A DNA stretch of 64,000 nucleotides from Azolla caroliniana (lineage: Eukaryota > Plantae > Polypodiophyta). The stretch is from positions 21,514,001 through 21,578,000 of the forward strand of contig JBHGNT010000003.1 in assembly GCA_043228905.1 (NCBI GenBank). The letters run 5' to 3'. Shown piece by piece: positions 11,313 to 22,541 of this stretch (positions within the stretch are counted from its first letter, which is position 1; every line of letters begins with the position of its first letter). The notes below the pieces were generated by a model. It did not search any database. It was not told where the DNA came from and saw only the letters and a program-made list of their open reading frames with translations. The position numbers and the translations under genes were made by a program.

Positions 11313-13458
11313 ATGCGAGGAGGAGAACTTGTTGAAGCGATGGCAGCGGCGGCAGTGGACTGCTTGGTAATTGCCCGAGAAGGCATCACCGACCTAGACC
11401 GGGCCATAGAGACAGTGGTCAGCACAACAAGTTGATTCAATGGAAGAGATACCACGAGCTACTTGGATGCCTATAAGGCCTAAATGCTTAGGCGAAACGT
11501 CACAGAAGATAGGTGTCTAATTGTATTCGCTAGAGTGGTAATGCCGAGTATCCATGCAGAGGTACTCGAGATCCAAGCGGACTATTGCAATTGGGTTGAA
11601 TTCGAAGAAAGACTCCTCGAGAAGTACGGCCTTGATAACTCACTCAGAATTTCGAAAAGGGATCTAATGGAGTGGTTGAGCTTCCCGGCAAGGGGAGAAA
11701 TACTATGGTACTTCTACAAGAATTTGAGAAGTGCTTCGCGCGACTCTCGGCGCTCGATAGGATGGTGCTTGACACAAGCAAGTTCCTACTATTCATAAAG
11801 GTTGTTGATGCATGAGACCGAGAGAAGGTGGGGCTCCTCCTCGAAACTTATGATGGGCTCACGACGGATTGGGCTATGGTAAAACGGGTTTGTAGTCACT
11901 TCGATAAGAGAAGGGAATGGAACGAAGGGTCTCCGTTGAGTGGCCAAACATCCATAGGCTCCATTGGTGAGACACACGAACCTAGGGGTGGTAGAGCACC
12001 TCAAGAAAGAGAGCAAGCAAATGCAAGGTTTGTCCCCGAGAGAAACGTGGTTGATGCACCGTCGGGAGGGTCGGCAATTGACGAGCTCACAAAGATGGTG
12101 CGAGATCTCCAAATAGTGCAAGATAGGAGAGAGAGTGGTGGCCCTCAAGATCATCGTCCCCTGTTTGCGCAAAGATGTATGTGGTGCGACAATCTCGACC
12201 ACCTACGAAGGGAGTGTGGAGACTTTCAAGAGGCCCTAAGAAGGGATATTGTCTATCTTTGGAACAATAGGGTCTATTCGACGGAGACAAGGCACCCCTT
12301 GGGATTGAATCAAGGTTGAGGGGGCATGAGAAGGCTAATGGAGGAGGCCGAAGCACGACATGTTGAAGTCGTCCACTACTCAGCGTCGGCTGGGATCCGA
12401 GTGGGGAAAGAGGTGAGGCAAGAGGAGAAAGAGTTTGACTTTTGGCCGTCAATCCTTGGAAGCCTCTCTAAGGGAAAGTTCAAAAGAGAAGAAGGGGACA
12501 AAGCGGAAAGAAGGGTCCAAGAAGCAACCGGGTGGAAGGATCCGGTGGAAGAAAAGACAAGCTTAGTGGAAGCCACTTGCCAAAACTATGAAGTAATGGT
12601 AGGAGAGAAGAAGGTAGGAAATGACGAGGGAGCCGATCCATCAAGGAAATACGACGCTCGAGGTGCACGAAGAAGGGAAGAGCCGAACCAGTCTCAAGCA
12701 CGCGACGAAAGATGCAAAGAGAAGGGGAACCCCCCAACTTCAAGCTTTGCTCAGAGATCGAACAAGCAACAGACTTGAAGAAGGTAGTGGAGGAAAGGAT
12801 CCTCGATAGTCGCGTAGAGTTTACTCTGTGAGAGGTCCTCGGAATTGCCAAGAAAGAATTTCACGAGGTCATCATCGACCTAATGAAGAGGAAGCGGCTC
12901 TCGACAGAGCAAGAAGTAGTGAAGCCCGCGATTGTAAATGCATTGTCACCTAAGGTTCCCAAGGAAGACGAAGACTATGTGGACAGTCACTACACGAAGC
13001 CGCATTGGGCGAGAGCAGTAACGGAGACACTGATACGGGTCAGAGATGTAAAAAAGCTAGTTGTAGCATTGATCGACCATGGCTCTGAGATCAACCTTAT
13101 GTCCATGGACTTTTATAAAAAGGGAAAGTGGTCGATCAACACAAAGCACGGGTGGAAGATTAGAGCGGCAACCTAAGCAACAGAGGAGCTATACGGGGCT
13201 TGCCCGAATGTACGTGTGAAGGTGGGGGACGTAGAAATAGATCAACATTTCTTTGTTCAAGAGACGCCCTCGTACCCGGTCATCTTGGGCGAACCATACA
13301 TCACGGCGGCTCGCATGGAGACGAAGGTGCTAGACAACGGGTCGGCATATGCGAGGGTCAACAGCCAAGATGGGAAGCATTCGGTCCAATTCCTTACGGT
13401 GAGGCCCAACCATGAGCGCAATTGAGCCTCCCTCAAAGGGGAGAGCCGAGAGGATTTT
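11313..13458 (+). pseudogene. Disrupted gag-protease of element B
   Basis: Knuckle CMWCDNLDHLRREC; protease ALIDHGSEINLM (ORF 12883-13176); many premature stops. Confidence 0.88.
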
Positions 13459-16400
13459 TTATGCAGGCTATTAAAGAGTGGGGCCGCAATAGCCCGAGGC
13501 AAACTAAGACCCTAAACCCTTGTAAAACTATTAAATGTAATAGGAAAGAATTTTGGTTCTCCGAAAATGGAGCTTGTAAAATTACTAATTTAAGTGATAG
13601 AGATAAGTCTAGGGCCAAGAGATACGAAAGGTATCTCAAACAATGTAATTTATTGGGGGAAGATGACACCATAAGTGGCGCCATGGAGGCGGTCTCGTTC
13701 GACGACACTCTCAGAGAGATGGAGAGGGTAGTCATTTCGGGCCTCAATGAAGACAAGGTAATTCCAGTCAACTCAGTTGACATGTACACCACCATCAAAG
13801 AGCTTGGGCAGTTGATTGAGGAAGCGAGGACGGTCAAGGTGCAAACAAAGTACAAGACCGTGGACAAGAAGATGAAGCTTGTGGCTGCCCCATTGCCTAA
13901 TGATAGTTGGGATCGGATAAAGGGGGTAGTGATTGATCCTAGCTTGCGGGACCCACGAGGCATAGGGCACCGGTTCACCGACGAGACGCGACAGAAGCTC
14001 CGGATTGGTGGGGGTGACTTCCTATTGCCTAGGGAGGAGGAAAGATTTAGAAGGATGATCGAAAGCCACGGAAGGTCTTTCGCCTTCTCATTGGGTGAGA
14101 TAGGGTGTGTAAACCCTAAGATCGTGGAGCCAATGGGGATCTTTACGGTGCCACATGTACCATGGAACATCAAGCCAATCCCGGTTCCGAGAGCTCACAT
14201 CCTGAAGTTGATGGAGCTACTCAAGGAAAAGATTGAGATGGGTATCCTCGAGCCATCAAGCGCCCCATACTCGAATCGGTGGTTCACTGTGCCAAAGAAC
14301 GGCACCTTATGCTTCATCCAGGACCTACAACCTGTTAATCAAGTGACAATTCGAAATGCAGGGGTCGGACCGAGCGTTGACGAATTCGTTGAGGCCTTCG
14401 CTGGAAGGTCTATTTATTCGATCGATGATCTATACTCGGGGTACGATCAATTCCAACTAGCTGTGGAGAGTAGGGACATCACGACAATGTGGACCCCTAT
14501 TGGCCTAGTGCGAATGTGTACCTTGCCACAAGGAGGCACTAACTCTGTAGCCCACATGGTAAATGCAATGAACAAGGTATTGAGAGATTGCATCCCCGAC
14601 ATCACCATGTCGTTCCTCGATGACATCCCCATAAAAGGGTGCTCTAAAGCGGAGAAAGATGAAGCCTTGGACGAGGATGGGTGCAGATGTTTAGTGGCAT
14701 ATCACATCTCCGATTGCGAGAAGGTTCTACAAAGACTCGAAGATGCATGCTTGACCTTCTCGGGTGAGAAATCGGCATTCGGCCAACCAGAGATCGTTGT
14801 GGTGGGACACTTGTGCAGGGCGTACGGATGGAAGCCATCTTAGGAAAGGTGGACGGACGCCATCACAGACATGAGGGAAGAATGTAAATCGCAAACAGAG
14901 GTGAGGCGATTTCTTGGTGCCTGTGCATTCTACCACATTTGGATCCCGCACTATGCTCACCTAGCCGAGCCCTTGTATGGGCTACTCAAGAAGGGGCGGA
15001 AGTTCAAGTGGGAGGAAGAGCACACAGAGGCAACGAAGAGGATCAAAGGAATTTTGGTAGCGGCACCAGCTTTATGAAAAGCCGTATACAAGGAAGGGGT
15101 GCCCATCTACGTGACGGTAGATATGAGTCCAACAGGGATCGGATGGGTCATCAACCAAGAAGGAGAGGATGGTACGCGCTACGACATCCGGTTCGGAGCC
15201 AAGGTCTTAAGTGAGCGACAACGAGGATACGCCCAAGTAAAATGTGAGCTTTGGGGTATTGTGTCCGCAGTGAAGGCGGATAAAGATTACCTAATCGGGT
15301 CAGAGGTGGTAATAGAGACGGATTGCCTTCCAATCCTAGGGATGGTTTCGGGGTGTGCAACACCTGACCTAGCTATGCTAAGATGGATTGCTTACATCAA
15401 ATCAATGAACCCGGAGATTCACCACATTTTAGGGAAGAACAATGCCATAGCAGATATGTTATCAAGGGCAAGGTTCGAGGGCGAAAGCGACATGGTGTCT
15501 GAAGATGAGGATGTCGCTCTTGACTTCTTTAAGATGGCCCAAGCGTCTATAGATGATCGAGATGTGTGAGTACTCCATGCCTTCAACGAAAGTGAATACG
15601 AAGGGGAGTGGCTACACATTGGCAAGTTCTTAAGCTCAATGACGGTGGATAGTTCAGGTCGAAGGAGGAAGCACAAAGAGTCTGAAAGAAAGCGTACAAG
15701 TACTTCCTACGAGGGGGATTCCTCTGGAGGCACCCGAGGAGAAGGACGGAGACGCCACAATGAGTGGTCATAAAGGAAGAGGACCAGACAACATTGGTGT
15801 CTGAGTTCCACGAGAGTCCTTGGGTGGGCCATAGAGGAACGTGGGCAACATTCGAGAAGTTAACGGAGAAGTATTGGTGGCCGGGAATGTACAAGGATGT
15901 CACCCATTTTGTGGGGACGTGTGAAAGTTGCCAGATACACTCCAACATACGCCATAGGGACGAGTTGCACCCGACCTACCCACTCACCATACACTTCAAA
16001 TGGATGGTGGATTTGGTTTCGATGCCGATGGGAGTCGGCCAAATGAAATATTTGGTGCTAGCAAGAGAAGACCTAACAAACCAAGTAGAAGGGTGAGCCT
16101 TAGCAAACAAAATGACAGTGGGGGGTGTAAATTCTTACTCGAGGATGTCATCTGCTGGTACGGATGTGTGGGAAAGATAGTGGCCGATTGAGGAGAGTTG
16201 AACGCTCACGAAGCTACAGAGCTCTTTGAACGACTTGGAGTGAAGCTCTCTCTCACGACCGCTTATAACCCGGAGGCTAATGGAAAGATAGAATGCAAAC
16301 ACGGGCCCATCGTAAAAGCCATTGTAAGAGCTTGTGATGGGCGAGTTAGGAATTGGCCTCGGTTACTACCTTATGCCTTGTGGGCCGACAAAACAATTCA

Positions 16401-16953
16401 TAGCTCAGTTACAGGTTTCATGCTAGCTGAACTCATGTATGGACAAAAGCCGGTGATGCCCATTGAAGACACAATCGCGTCATGGGTAGCGATGCCATGG
16501 GAAAACAAGATGAGTCAAGAAGAGCTTCTGGCAACAAGGATAAGGCAACTTGAGAGAAGACTCGAAGATTTGGAGTTGGAAAAGGAGAGGTTAGAAATTG
16601 CTAGGCTAAGTAACAAAGCCCGGTTCGACAAGACGCACCGACTACGCCCTCGGAAGATCGAAGAAGGAGACTGGGTGATTGTATATGATAGTAGTATCGA
16701 CAATCAACATAGCTCGAAGTGGAAATTCGCAAATCGATGGTTTGGGCCATACGTGGTAATGAGTGCAAACAATAATGCTACCTACCATCTCGCTGAACTC
16801 GATGGGACTAAGCTAGAAGTACCAATCGCAGGGAAGCGGGTCAAAATCTTCAAAAAGCGACACGACAGGGAACCAAACCTCGATGACCTTGACGAAGATA
16901 AAGGCGAGCAAACAACAAGCCACGGGGTCAATGAGGAGGAAATGAACTATTGA
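13452..16953 (+). pseudogene. Disrupted pol (RT, RNase H, integrase) of element B
   Basis: RT motifs DLYSGYDQF, LPQGGTNS, FLDD; RNase H motifs IETDC and NAIADMLSR; integrase motifs FHESPWVGH...CESCQ, YNPEANGKIE, WFGPY; stops and frameshifts. Confidence 0.93.
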
Positions 16954-17013
16954 CCACCCTCAACCCGCCAATCTTGGCACATACCAGAGGATGTGCGGTT
17001 TGGTGGGGGTGGA

Positions 17014-19001
17014 TGTCGTGATGTGGCGTGCTCGAGAGTGGGAAAAACCGGCGAAAGGGGGGGAGCAAAATGTGCATGTGCAATGTGTGTGCACACAAAG
17101 GCGATTAATTGTGCATATGCAAAACAAAAGGGAAAAGAAAGGGTGGAAAGGATGCATAGAAGCCCGTGTAAAAAGTAAGAGAGAGAAGAGATAAAAAGTA
17201 GAGGGGAGACAGGCTAAGAATTTATAGAGATAGATATTACATAAGAGAGAGTTAATGGGCTAGTGGATAGTCACATTGACTTCTAGCTAGAGGTGCACCG
17301 TTCAAATCTAGTATTATAGTGCAGCGTGATTTAAGGAATTTTATTCCTTTTTGCATTAAAGACGAAATTGGCGACCCCCCTTCCTTTTTTGCCTATAAAA
17401 GGAGGTCAATGGGGGCGCATTCGGGAGGACGTTTTGGGAGGAGGAGACTATCGCCATTTTTCCTTCGCAGCTCTTCATCTTCTTATTCACCACTTCTCTT
17501 TATCTCATACCCCTTCATCGCCCTATCGCCACATGCTCGTCTTCTTCGCGTCGGCACTCGAAGTGCTTGTGAGCCCAAGCTTTGTTGGTTCGACATTGCT
17601 CCGCCCTGTTCGTCGTTGTGAGCCCGTGTGCTCGCCGTTCGGGTGGTTGTGGTTCGTTGGGATTAGCATTTTGGTGGTGCTCCTGTGTTCATCTTCGTCG
17701 TGTTCGGATTTGCTCTTGTCTCTAAGGCATTTAGTATTTATGTTTTGATTGAGCTTGTGGTTAACTATAAGTTGCCATTGTAATCAAACCCTATTTTATA
17801 AAGGGTCTTCTTGCGTTGGAATCGAACACATATTTATTTCTTTGGCCGATATCATTCGTGTTTCTTTCTTTCCTTCTTTCTTTGTTCGTGTCTTCCTTGT
17901 ATGTTCGGCCGTCTTGTGATGAGGGAGTGTTTCAGTCATGCCCATGCACCTCTCCTCCTCATAAAGACGTATGAGTATTTGTGCACGTGTTTGTGTCTTC
18001 CTTGTACGTTCGGCCGTCTTGTAATGAGGGACCGTTTCGGGCTTGCCCAAGCACCTCTCCTCCTCATAAAGGCGTACGAGCATTTTGTGCATGTGTTTGT
18101 GTCTTCCTTGCACGTTCGGTTGTCTTGTGACGAGGGACCGTTTTGGGCTTGCCCATGCACCTCTCCTCCTCATAAAGGCGTACGAGCATTTGTGTGTGTG
18201 TTTGTGTCTTCCTTGTACGTTCATCCGTCTTGTGACGAGGGAGCGTTTCAGGCGTGCCCATGCACCTCTCCTCCTCATAAAGACGTACGAGCATTTGTGC
18301 GTGTGTTTGTGTCTTCCTTGTATGTTCGGTCGTCTCGTGACAAGGGACCATTCGGGCTTGCCCATGCACCTCTCCTCCTCATAAAGGCGTACAAGCATTT
18401 TGTGTGTGTGTTTGTGACTTCCTTGTACGTTCGGTCGTCTTGTGACGAGGGAGCATTTCGGGCGTGCCCATGCACCTCTCCTCCTCATAAAGACGTACGA
18501 GCATTTGTGCGTGTGGTTGTGACTTCCTTGTATGTTCGGTCTTCTTGTGACGAGGGAGCATTCAGGCCTGCCCATGCACCTCTCCTCCTCATAAAGGCGT
18601 ACGAGCATTTGTGCGTGTGTTTTGTGTCTTCCTCGTACGTTCGACGTCTTGTGACGAGGGAGCGTTCGAGCATGCCCATGCACCTCTCCTCCTCATAAAG
18701 ATGTATGGGCATTCGTGTTTGTGTTATCGTCCCCTTGTGCGTTCATCTTGCGTTCTCATCTTGCTTGTACCCGTTTGATCACTTGGCTCGTGTGGTGATC
18801 TCGAAAGGTCGACGAGTCGTGATCAACAAGAGCCACCGGCCTCACAAAACTAAGGGCAACGAGCCCTTGCTCGGGAAGGGGTCAGGAAGTAGTATTGTCA
18901 TAAAGCAAACCTCGGGTCTTCTCTATATCCCTTGAGTACTCCCTAGTCCAAGACCCCCATGGTCCCGCCCAAGTAACACACGCGCGCGAAACTTCGCAAC
19001 A
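17014..19001 (+). repeat. 3' LTR of element B
   Basis: Follows the PPT GGTTTGGTGGGGGTGGA; homologous to the 5' LTR; ends CGCAACA. Confidence 0.94.
17885..18720 (+). repeat. Tandem array of ~105-bp units (8 copies) in the 3' LTR of B
   Basis: Anchor at 17941, 18046, 18152, 18257, 18361, 18467, 18571, 18675. Confidence 0.97.
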
Positions 19002-19013
19002 CCGGGTTGATCC

Positions 19014-19810
19014 TTACTCATCTTCCTCTGATCCATCACCGATCTGGTCCTTGTCAGGCTCTCTGTCTTCGTCGGCCTCCTCATCATCCACCTCCAGATC
19101 TAGTTTCGCCTCCTATCACTTCTTGAAGTCCTTTATCCACTGTCTTGCAACCAGTACCTCTATCCTTGTCTCTTTTAGCTCTGAGAGGTGATACAAGGCA
19201 GTCGTCGCCATATACGGCCCGAACCACCGTCTGGCGAACTTCCGTGTCGACCGGTGTTGATTGTCAAGTCTGTTGTCGTAGACCAACACCCAGCTGCCTT
19301 CTTCGATTTTCCTCGGCCTTAGTCAATGTGTTCGGTTGAACTGCTCCTTGTTTTTCATCTGCACCTCTTTTAGCTTCCTTTGCTTGTTCCACATCCTCCG
19401 GCCTCCACTCGAGTTGTCGAATTCGTGCAACCAGCATTTCCTCCCTACTCATCTCATCCGCCCAATCGACTGCCATCCATGAGGTGATCTTCCATTCCAC
19501 CGGCATGATTAGCTTCGATCCGAACATCAACTCGATTGGCATATACCCTGTTATCGAATTGTCCGTAGTTCAGTATGGCAGGAGTCACGACCAATTCCTG
19601 ACTCTTCTGTTGCATGCTCGCACAATCGCTTTCTCGATCGGTCCATGTCCGCGCTCAACCTTGTCGTTTGCCTCTGGATTGTACGCCTCGTGAGGGAGAG
19701 CTTGACCCCTAGTCGAATGAATAGCTCAGTAGCTTCGTGTGCGCCCAACTCTCCTCGGTCAGCCATTATTTTGCCAATGCATTCGTACCGACAGATCACA
19801 TCTTTGATTA
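19014..19810 (-). pseudogene. Degenerate integrase of host element H0
   Basis: IKDVICRYECIGKIMADRGEL, LGVKLSLT, RIRQLEWRPEDVE; continues to the 3' UTR/PPT at 4251-4310 once B is removed. Confidence 0.88.
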
Positions 19811-19811
19811 G

Positions 19812-20489
19812 TGTTACGGGCATGACCATATAATATCTTGGTGTAAGTTTTACTATAGTATTCTATACATGTGGATAAAGTGTGAGGGTTAAACGAGAGT
19901 GTAAAGAAGGGAATGATTACTTTTAATCGTTGAGATTAGGACAACCCATTAGGCCAAGTGTGAACTTGCCTAGGGACCTTAGGTCTGGATATAAATATGA
20001 GGCCTAGCTACCCTCATTTGACACCTTATCGACTACGTCGAGACTGCGTCCTTGTGGTGGGTCAACTCTTGTAGCGAGCGCACCAGTACTAGGTACGACT
20101 CAACGCCACAACGGTGCATACGAGGTCAATACCTCAATTGCGTATTACGTTCACATACATATGTTAAGATAAACACCTCAATTTTTATGTATTAGATATG
20201 CTATCTGTGTCATATGCGTAAGAGGCCTCGATTGCGTATTACGTTCACCCTTATTTTTAATGTTTCATGTGCGTAGAGGCTATATGCCTCGATTACGTAT
20301 CTCGATTACTCATTCGTTGGCTATGTGATGTTATAATTTTTTAAATATATGCATATGTAATCTCGTGTATACATATTTAATCGTATACATGTGATAAACA
20401 TAAATATGTATATATTAGTGTTTATTACGTGATTTTGTATATTGAACGTTTTCCTTTTCAGGGAAAGGATCTCGGTGGCCGTCTTCACA
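19812..20489 (+). repeat. Possible LTR-like fragment truncating H0
   Basis: Starts TGTTAC at the abrupt end of the integrase; TATAAATA at ~19990; ends TTCACA; no TSD or partner found. Confidence 0.3.
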
Positions 20490-20599
20490 TTTTTGTGAGA
20501 ATGGCATGGTCACCATCTTTATCAACAAATGTTTTTGTTGACATCCCCGTTGGTCACATTGATTTCATGACGTGTTATAACGAAACGATCACTAATAGT

Positions 20600-20928
20600 T
20601 GAATAGTTACTGACAAGGTTGTTGCCTCTGTAAATGTGTGTAAGAGTGAGACAAAGAGAGAGTAACTCTGCCGCCGTCTGTTAGACGAAGATGAACTCGA
20701 AGGTTGTTGCCTCTGAGATCCTTATTGTATACCTTACCTTTGTAGTGATTCAGTTCTTGGGGTTTGTGGACCTCCACGGTTTTTCCCTTTCGGGTTTTCC
20801 ATGTAAAATATCTTGTGTTTTCTGTTTTCTACATTTTTCATTTTTCTGTCTATGCATTATCTTATTCGATTCTTTGCACCCCGAATATACATATGAGAAA
20901 CCGGATGTGGCTGGTTACAATCCTAACA
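20600..20928 (+). repeat. Remnant of a copia-type LTR
   Basis: Similar to 38950-39100 (GGTTGTTGCCTCTGAG; GGTTTTTCCC...GGGTTTTCCATGTAAA); ends CCTAACA; start uncertain. Confidence 0.55.
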
Positions 20929-21862
20929 ATTTCTTCCCATTATATGAAAAGGTCTTTATTGGAGATTAAGTATAATAGAGAGTGTATTACCTAGTCTTAC
21001 CATTTAACTTGTATTATTTGTTTATTATGTTCCTATTTGCTACAATTATGATGTGAATTTTGGGTTGATTCTAGTTTGGCTCCCATTTGGTTTAGGAAAT
21101 AGTAGTACTTTCTTAAAGTTGTTTTATTTGAATTGTTTATCTATAGTCAAAATGCAAATATTAGGATTGTCAACATCAATGATAAATGCATATGCAAGTA
21201 GTACATCATGTTTTTGGCTATGTGCAACATTTTGTACATCATGTCTTTGGCTTTAAAATTGCTACTAAATCAAGAATGGACCACATGGGACTTGAGCCAA
21301 AGAGGATGGGACAGATGTGTAAATGCTAGTAGTTTTTCACATTACTAGGAGGACAATAACTTTGATATCATGAATGTTCTCAAGTCTAGATATTCAATTG
21401 GTACGTATGCTAGAGCTATCAAGTTGCTTTCAAGAAATTAACTTTGTCGCAAATATAGATTAAATTCTAATCCATTATTCCAGCTCACTCTAGCATGTTC
21501 TTGAGCGCATGTACAACCCACACTGTGTTCATATGCATTCACTATGGATGTAAACCTACCAACAAATGTTTTATTGACGATCAAAAAGACTAGTAACGAA
21601 ACACTTGCACACGAAACTGCTGCGATAGATGGCGTGTTGCAGTGAAATTGCGAGGAGTGATTAATGATCTCCGTTTGTTTATAAGATGTTTCGTGACCTC
21701 CATTCGTTAATAATCTCTCGAGAATAATCGCCACAACTCGGTTATGTGTTGTATGGAGTGATTAGATGGTTTTCACCAGATAGATAGATAGACGGATAGA
21801 CGGGACACATATCATCGAGAAAACACGAAGTTATGGGCCCACCCCACCATCTAAATCCTCCT

Positions 21863-22281
21863 CCTATAAATATCTTCTCATGAAGAAGTATTTATCTTGT
21901 CCTGCACTTAATGGCCTAAAAGTGAAACAGGGCTTTTTTTCTTAGATGAAACAGGGCTCTTTTTCTTAGGTGAAACAGGGCTTTAGACAGAGGCTCCTGA
22001 GAGGTGAGACTACGCCTGAGAGGTGAGACTACTCTTCCCCACCAAATGACAAGAAAGGGAGAGACAGACAGCCAGACAGAAAGATATATTAACGTCTTCT
22101 AAGACCAAAATTGACCAAAACAGAGCAGTTGGGGACAGCGTCAGAGATAGAGATCAGAGTGAGAGTGAATGGCTTTAGTATGTCTGACATCAAAGAAGGG
22201 CTTCCTTTCTACCTAATGCTAAGAGAGAAGGAATTTCCTCACATTCGGTCTTCCATTAACCCAGACCTTCGATTCTTGCAG
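21863..22281 (+). promoter_or_regulatory. Putative TATA box and non-coding first exon of P450 copy 1
   Basis: CCTATAAATA at ~21864; donor-like CAG|GTAAAT at 22281 with a homologous CAG|GTAACA at ~25888 in copy 2. Confidence 0.4.
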
Positions 22282-22541
22282 GTAAATTTAAAACATACGA
22301 TTTATGTATGATAAATTTACTTGTCCACTTCCCGATTAAGAACCTTAATTACATTCCGACAAACTTGCGTATATACTTTCATCCATCCATCCATATACAT
22401 ACATGCCATGCCAATGTGCCATTTGTACCATGTATCATTGCAAATGTTTAGCATGTTACCCAATGACTTTAGGCAATTCTTTGTTAGAAATACTTTGGAA
22501 AACTGAGTTCATATGATAAGATTGTATATGGTTATGAATTT

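Larger units (their letters stand above)
4311..19001 (+). mobile_element. Full-length Ty3/gypsy element B (degenerate), inserted in the 3' UTR of H0
   Basis: Paired LTRs 4311-11267 (interrupted by C) and 17014-19001; degenerate PBS 11273-11289; gag-PR-RT-RH-INT order; PPT ~16997-17013; TSD TCGG/CCGG. Confidence 0.95.
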
